Positions 15,464-19,333 of a stretch of DNA of 19,333 nt are shown in pieces. This DNA comes from Thermoproteus sp. (lineage in GTDB: Archaea; Thermoproteota; Thermoprotei; Thermoproteales; Thermoproteaceae). The translations under genes and the position numbers were made by a program. The number at the start of each line of letters is the position of its first letter. Position 1 is the stretch's first letter. Location of the stretch: the NCBI GenBank assembly GCA_049976425.1, contig JBMFIG010000025.1, forward strand, positions 1 to 19,333. Reading direction: 5' to 3'. A model generated the notes under the pieces. The model was given only the letters and a program-made list of their open reading frames with translations. It did not search any database and was not told the origin of the DNA.

Positions 15464-15922
15464 TCATCTTTTATAGGTGCCCATGTACTCTGCCTGCGCC
15501 AGCACCTTGCCTTGCAGAGCCTTCAAGAAGTCGCCGCGCGAGGCTTTGGGCTTGAGCCCCAGAGGCGCCGATAGGGCGTAGACCCTGAAGAAGTAGCGGT
15601 GGGGGCCGTGGCCCCTCGGCGGGCAGGGCCCTCCGTATCCGACCCTCCCGAAGTCGTTGACGCCTTGCAACCCCAGGCCCTGCACCTCCGGCTTCTTGGG
15701 GACCGCCTCGGGGAGCTCGCGGACCGACGGCGGGACGTCGTAGAGGATCCAGTGGGTGAACACGCCGATGGGCGCGTCGGGGTCCTCCATCAAGAGCGCT
15801 AGCGCCTTGGCCTCGGGCGGCGCGCCGGATATCGCCAAGGGCGGCGAGACGTCGTCGCCGTCGCACGTATACCTCCGCGGTATGGGCTCGCCGTACTTGA
15901 AGGCGGGGCTGGACACCTCCAT
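15464..15922 (-). CDS. YbhB/YbcL family PEBP/Raf kinase inhibitor-like protein
   Basis: SPAF..GEPIP.RYTCDG.DVSPPL, DPDAP, FTHW, NDFG..GYGGPCPP.GHGPHRYFF.VYAL. Start at ATG 15922 with a TATA at 15941-15949. Confidence 0.93.
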   Translation of the reverse strand: MEVSSPAFKYGEPIPRRYTCDGDDVSPPLAISGAPPEAKALALLMEDPDAPIGVFTHWILYDVPPSVRELPEAVPKKPEVQGLGLQGVNDFGRVGYGGPCPPRGHGPHRYFFRVYALSAPLGLKPKASRGDFLKALQGKVLAQAEYMGTYKR

Positions 15923-15950
15923 ATGCTCCACGGCGCCCTCCTTAATATCT

Positions 15951-16484
15951 TTACCCAAGCCGGGAGAGGATGGGGCCTATGGTCTCCAGCTCCCACCACT
16001 CCACGTAGGCCGCGGCGAGGAGCAAGGCGAGGGCCACGGCGTAGTGGACGAGCCAAGTCTTGAGGACGCCGCCGCGTCTGGACAGCAGACGCCTCGTGGC
16101 GTCTATGGAGCCCGCCGTGGCGAAGGCGTAGGACGAGAGCTCCAGTATCCCGTGCGGCATGGCGACAGTCGCCAGATAGCCTACGGCCAGGGCCAGAGGG
16201 CCTAGCTGGCTGGCGGCGTAGCCCACCACGGCCCCCAGCACGAAGCCCGTCGCGCCTAGAGTGACGGCCAGCGCGAGGGGGCCGACGAAGGGTATGGAGT
16301 CGGCGGTCATTATTATGGCGTTGTGGCCGAATATGGCGAGAGGCCCCGTCACGACCTCGTGTAGCCTGTCCCTCAACATGTTTATAAACCACGGCGGCAC
16401 CGCGCCGTGGTATATATAGCCCAATAAAGCGAATAGGGCCAGGGCCAGATACTCCGCCAACAACACCAGCAGGACCAGCCTCAC
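15951..16484 (-). CDS. SpoIIM-like (stage II sporulation protein M family) membrane protein
   Basis: IFGHN, IPFVGP, PHGILEL and LLLAAAYVE, with about 5 TM segments. Confidence 0.85.
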   Translation of the reverse strand: MRLVLLVLLAEYLALALFALLGYIYHGAVPPWFINMLRDRLHEVVTGPLAIFGHNAIIMTADSIPFVGPLALAVTLGATGFVLGAVVGYAASQLGPLALAVGYLATVAMPHGILELSSYAFATAGSIDATRRLLSRRGGVLKTWLVHYAVALALLLAAAYVEWWELETIGPILSRLG

Positions 16485-16505
16485 GGCAAGGCCCCCGCCT
16501 CCAGT

Positions 16506-17687
16506 TTAAATACTAGACGGGACGAAGTAGAAAGCCCCCTCCCTCCGCTCCACCTTGAAGTGCTTGACCGGCCATCCCAGCATAGACTTGACGACCTCGG
16601 CCCTTCCCCCTTCGATCCTCCACACTGTGTTGAACATATCGAAGAGGCGCGGCGACGGCTCGACTCCCGAGAACACGGCGAGTATGGCTAGGTCGGGGCG
16701 CCAGGAGTTGAGGAAGTCGAGGACCAGCCTCAGCCTCCTCGCGCCGAGCCTCGACACGACTTGCTCCATGCCGTAGAGGAAGGCGACCTTGGAGTCGCCT
16801 ATCGCGTCCATCAAGGCCTCGAGCCCCTTGTCGTCAGAGAGCGCGTCGACGGGTATCAAGCTCCGCCCCACGTCGCATTTGACGAACCTCTCTATGGTCT
16901 TATTTGTATAAACCAGCGCGGTCTTGGCCGACTCGGCGTAGTCGCAGAGCAGTGCGGCGGCCAAAGCGGCGTCTTCGGGGCCCTGGCCTACGAAGTCGGC
17001 TACCCTAGACCCCTCCAAGAGGCCGGGCCGCGTATAGTCCTGCCTGGCGGCCGCGAGGGCCTTCACCACCTCATCGACGAAGACCACGCGCCTCATGGCG
17101 AGGGGAGCCGCCGGACGGAAAGACGCCTTGCCCTCGTCCCACGGCTCTATCAGCACAGGCCCGCCGCGGACAACGGCGAAGCGGAGCTCCGAGGCTGGCG
17201 GCTGGCCGAGGCGCGACTTGAGGAATCTGGCATACCTATAGCGGGCCCCGCGGAGGAACTCCTGCCTAACCTCTACCAAGAGGTCTGCCATATAGGCGAG
17301 CGGCCTCTCTCCCGCCGGCTCCTCCCCCACGGCTAGGACGGGTACGTCGAATATGCGGTATATCGCCGACGCGGTCTCCCTATCGTCAGGGAAGTAGTTG
17401 ACGCCGTCGAGCACCACCACGTCGGGCGTCTCCCGCACGTAGATATCGCCGATTATCTCCAGGACCGCCTCGTGTTCCGAGATGTTGATGAAGTCGTATA
17501 GCTTGAACATGTCTTTATTGAGGCCGAGGTAGTCCAGTTTAGCCGCGACCTTTTCCTTATGCTCATACATGCCTATATACAGTATCTTCTTGCCCAACAT
17601 ACTCGCTAGACGTAGAGCGAGAGACGTCTTGCCAGTGCCCGGAGGTCCGTAGATCAACGTGAATCCTGCAAAAACAGAGACATCCAT
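16506..17687 (-). CDS. KaiC/RAD55-like RecA-superfamily ATPase with a degenerate second domain
   Basis: LIYGPPGTGKT, YIGMYE, VVVLDG, YMAD and KSR in the N-domain. The C-domain ends in VVKSM but lacks Walker A. Start at ATG 17687 with TATAAA at 17716-17721. Confidence 0.85.
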   Translation of the reverse strand: MDVSVFAGFTLIYGPPGTGKTSLALRLASMLGKKILYIGMYEHKEKVAAKLDYLGLNKDMFKLYDFINISEHEAVLEIIGDIYVRETPDVVVLDGVNYFPDDRETASAIYRIFDVPVLAVGEEPAGERPLAYMADLLVEVRQEFLRGARYRYARFLKSRLGQPPASELRFAVVRGGPVLIEPWDEGKASFRPAAPLAMRRVVFVDEVVKALAAARQDYTRPGLLEGSRVADFVGQGPEDAALAAALLCDYAESAKTALVYTNKTIERFVKCDVGRSLIPVDALSDDKGLEALMDAIGDSKVAFLYGMEQVVSRLGARRLRLVLDFLNSWRPDLAILAVFSGVEPSPRLFDMFNTVWRIEGGRAEVVKSMLGWPVKHFKVERREGAFYFVPSSI

Positions 17688-17802
17688 ATCGATCGATAGC
17701 CGAAACAATAAAAACTTTATACACCATACGCCTCCGGTTAATCGATATATAGGCATACGGATAACCTACGGCAAGACCGGCGGGCCTCCTACTGCGCAGA
17801 AA

Positions 17803-17810
17803 TTTTATAT
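17803..17810 (+). promoter_or_regulatory. tRNA promoter TATA box
   Basis: GAAA-TTTTATAT about 24-31 bp before the mature tRNA 5' end. Confidence 0.75.
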
Positions 17811-17833
17811 TTGCCCCCGTTCAATACGTCAGG

Positions 17834-17908
17834 GCGGCCGTAGCTCAGCGGGAGAGCGCCCGGCTGAAGACCGGGCGGTCCCGGGTTCAAGTCCCGGCGG
17901 CCGCACCA
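17834..17908 (+). tRNA. tRNA-Phe(GAA), intronless, CCA encoded
   Basis: Acceptor stem GCGGCCG/CGGCCGC, D-stem GCTC/GAGC, anticodon arm CCCGG-CTGAAGA-CCGGG (GAA at 17866-17868), T-arm CCGGG-TTCAAGT-CCCGG, and a 3' ACCA. Confidence 0.97.
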
Positions 17909-18135
17909 CGATTCTATGGTACATATCACGTGATTCGATGAGAGCTCATTCTAGTCTACACTCTCCAAGCTACAATCGGCGAGCCGGCTCTCCGCAATCG
18001 GCGTGTGGCTCGGATCGCGGAGTTTTCACGCAGTGAAAGACATCGGGTCTTTTTCACGGCGAGGTGAATACGGTTGCCTCGCCTTCCCGACGTGGCGTGA
18101 AGGTATTCCTTTTCAACTTGCGGATCCGGGGGGCT

Positions 18136-19251
18136 ATGCAGGGCCTAAAAACAATACTGGTCTGGTCGGCCGTGGTGGTCATGGCGTTGGCCGTCATGGC
18201 CTACGCCGGGCCGACCAACGCCACGACGGTAGGGAACGTGACTCAGACAGGCAACGTGGCCAACGGCACCCAGATTGGGAACGTAACTCAGACTAACAAC
18301 ATGACTGAGGTCTACGTCGTCACTCCGTCCGGGACGATACATCTAGTGTACGTCTCCAACGGCACCGTGGTTGTGATAAACTACAACGAGAAGGTGATAA
18401 CTGCTAACCTCAAGACGACTATATACAACGGCACGACCGCCTACTACATACACGTGGTGGGCCACGCGCTGGGCACGTTCAACAGCACGTACGTATCCCA
18501 GCTGCTCTCCCAAGCGGCGGCCGCGCTTAAGGCGGGCAATACCACGCAGGCGCTGTCGTTGCTGAAACAGCTCGCCGGATATGTGGCCGCGAACAACGGC
18601 ACGAGGAAGGCCGAGCTCAATATAATGCTGACTGCCAAGTCGCTGAACTCCACGGCGCCCAACGCTACCTACCTAAAGGCTAAGATCGAATACGAGCTGG
18701 AGAGAGGACTTAAGAAGGTCAACGGCACCCGCAGCGAGCTGGAGGTGAAGGCCTTCGTCTCTAACTACTCCGAGATCGCGAAGTTCCTCAACGCCGTCGC
18801 CTCCCAGATAGCCCCGTACAGCCCCAGCGATGCGGCCCAGCTAAGGGCCGCCGCCTCGGTTCTGGCCAACATAACGGCGCAGATCAAGGAGCTGGAGATA
18901 AAGCTGGCCAACGGCACCCAGATAGAGATACACAAGACGGGGCACGGCTACAAGGTGGAGGTGCAGGTAGGCGGCGAGCATGAGGATCACGATAAGGGCC
19001 ACGAACACGATGATCACGGCGGCGCTGTCGCCGGCGGCCACAAGGGCGAGGATCACGAAGACAAGTCCAGCGGCAAGCACAATGTTGCCGGTAGCGACGA
19101 CCACGAAGACAACAGCTCCGCCGCTACTACGACCAAGCAAGGCAAGAATGGAGCCAGTTCGGATAAACAAAGCTCTAAGATCGGCGGCTCTCACGACGAA
19201 GAGGATCACGGGAAGAAGTCGAAGAGCTCTTCTGGCGACGAGGAGGACTGA
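18136..19251 (+). CDS. Secreted/surface glycoprotein with a His/Asp/Glu-rich C-terminal tail
   Basis: Signal peptide MQGLKTILVWSAVVVMALAVMAYA (ending AYA), about 17 N-x-S/T sequons, and a low-complexity tail with 11 His. Start moved to ATG 18136. Confidence 0.85.
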   Translation: MQGLKTILVWSAVVVMALAVMAYAGPTNATTVGNVTQTGNVANGTQIGNVTQTNNMTEVYVVTPSGTIHLVYVSNGTVVVINYNEKVITANLKTTIYNGTTAYYIHVVGHALGTFNSTYVSQLLSQAAAALKAGNTTQALSLLKQLAGYVAANNGTRKAELNIMLTAKSLNSTAPNATYLKAKIEYELERGLKKVNGTRSELEVKAFVSNYSEIAKFLNAVASQIAPYSPSDAAQLRAAASVLANITAQIKELEIKLANGTQIEIHKTGHGYKVEVQVGGEHEDHDKGHEHDDHGGAVAGGHKGEDHEDKSSGKHNVAGSDDHEDNSSAATTTKQGKNGASSDKQSSKIGGSHDEEDHGKKSKSSSGDEED

Positions 19252-19274
19252 GATCCTAACGAAACAAATATAGC

Positions 19275-19284
19275 TTTTTTCCTT
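19275..19284 (+). terminator. Oligo-T archaeal terminator
   Basis: TTTTTT followed by a pyrimidine run about 24 bp after the stop codon. Confidence 0.5.
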
Positions 19285-19333
19285 CCGCCTTGCGTGATCT
19301 GGGTGGTTCTTCTGTTCGCTAACGGGAGCGTCC

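Noticed and set aside
17834-19333. Integrated element at tRNA-Phe
   Set aside because: No integrase and no duplicated tRNA end seen in the window. It cannot be excluded beyond the right edge.
1-19333. CRISPR array, IS elements, rRNA, RNase P or SRP RNA
   Set aside because: No periodic repeat-spacer pattern, transposase motif or conserved RNA signature was found by eye.

Overview
GC-rich, gene-dense archaeal chromosome segment, almost certainly a Thermoproteales crenarchaeon (Thermoproteus/Pyrobaculum-like). The evidence is a PaREP1 gene, a CC1 chromatin protein gene, heavy AGG/ATA codon use, and TATA boxes about 18-28 bp before most start codons (leaderless mRNAs). In order: the 3' part of a zincin-like gene with a degenerate HExxH motif; PaREP1 flanked by probable gene remnants; a beta-hydroxyacid dehydrogenase; a HEPN-MNT pair; an MFS transporter; an ABC exporter with two paralogous ~500-aa membrane subunits; a second HEPN-MNT pair; a SWIM zinc-finger protein; a Rieske protein, an archaeal ATPase-PD(D/E)xK protein, a DUF3501-like protein and a short rubrerythrin; a Zn-finger microprotein coupled to BtpA/SgcQ; a second MFS; CC1; YbhB/YbcL; a SpoIIM-like protein; a KaiC/RAD55-like ATPase; an intronless tRNA-Phe(GAA); and a sequon-rich secreted protein with a His/acidic tail. 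Most notable: the Rieske protein has His->Arg at a 2Fe-2S ligand, the two permease genes share an exact 68-bp tract (probable gene conversion), operator-like palindromes sit at the rubrerythrin and ATPase promoters, and two intergenic regions look structured. No CRISPR array, transposase or integrase is visible. All family calls come from motif recognition, not database searches.
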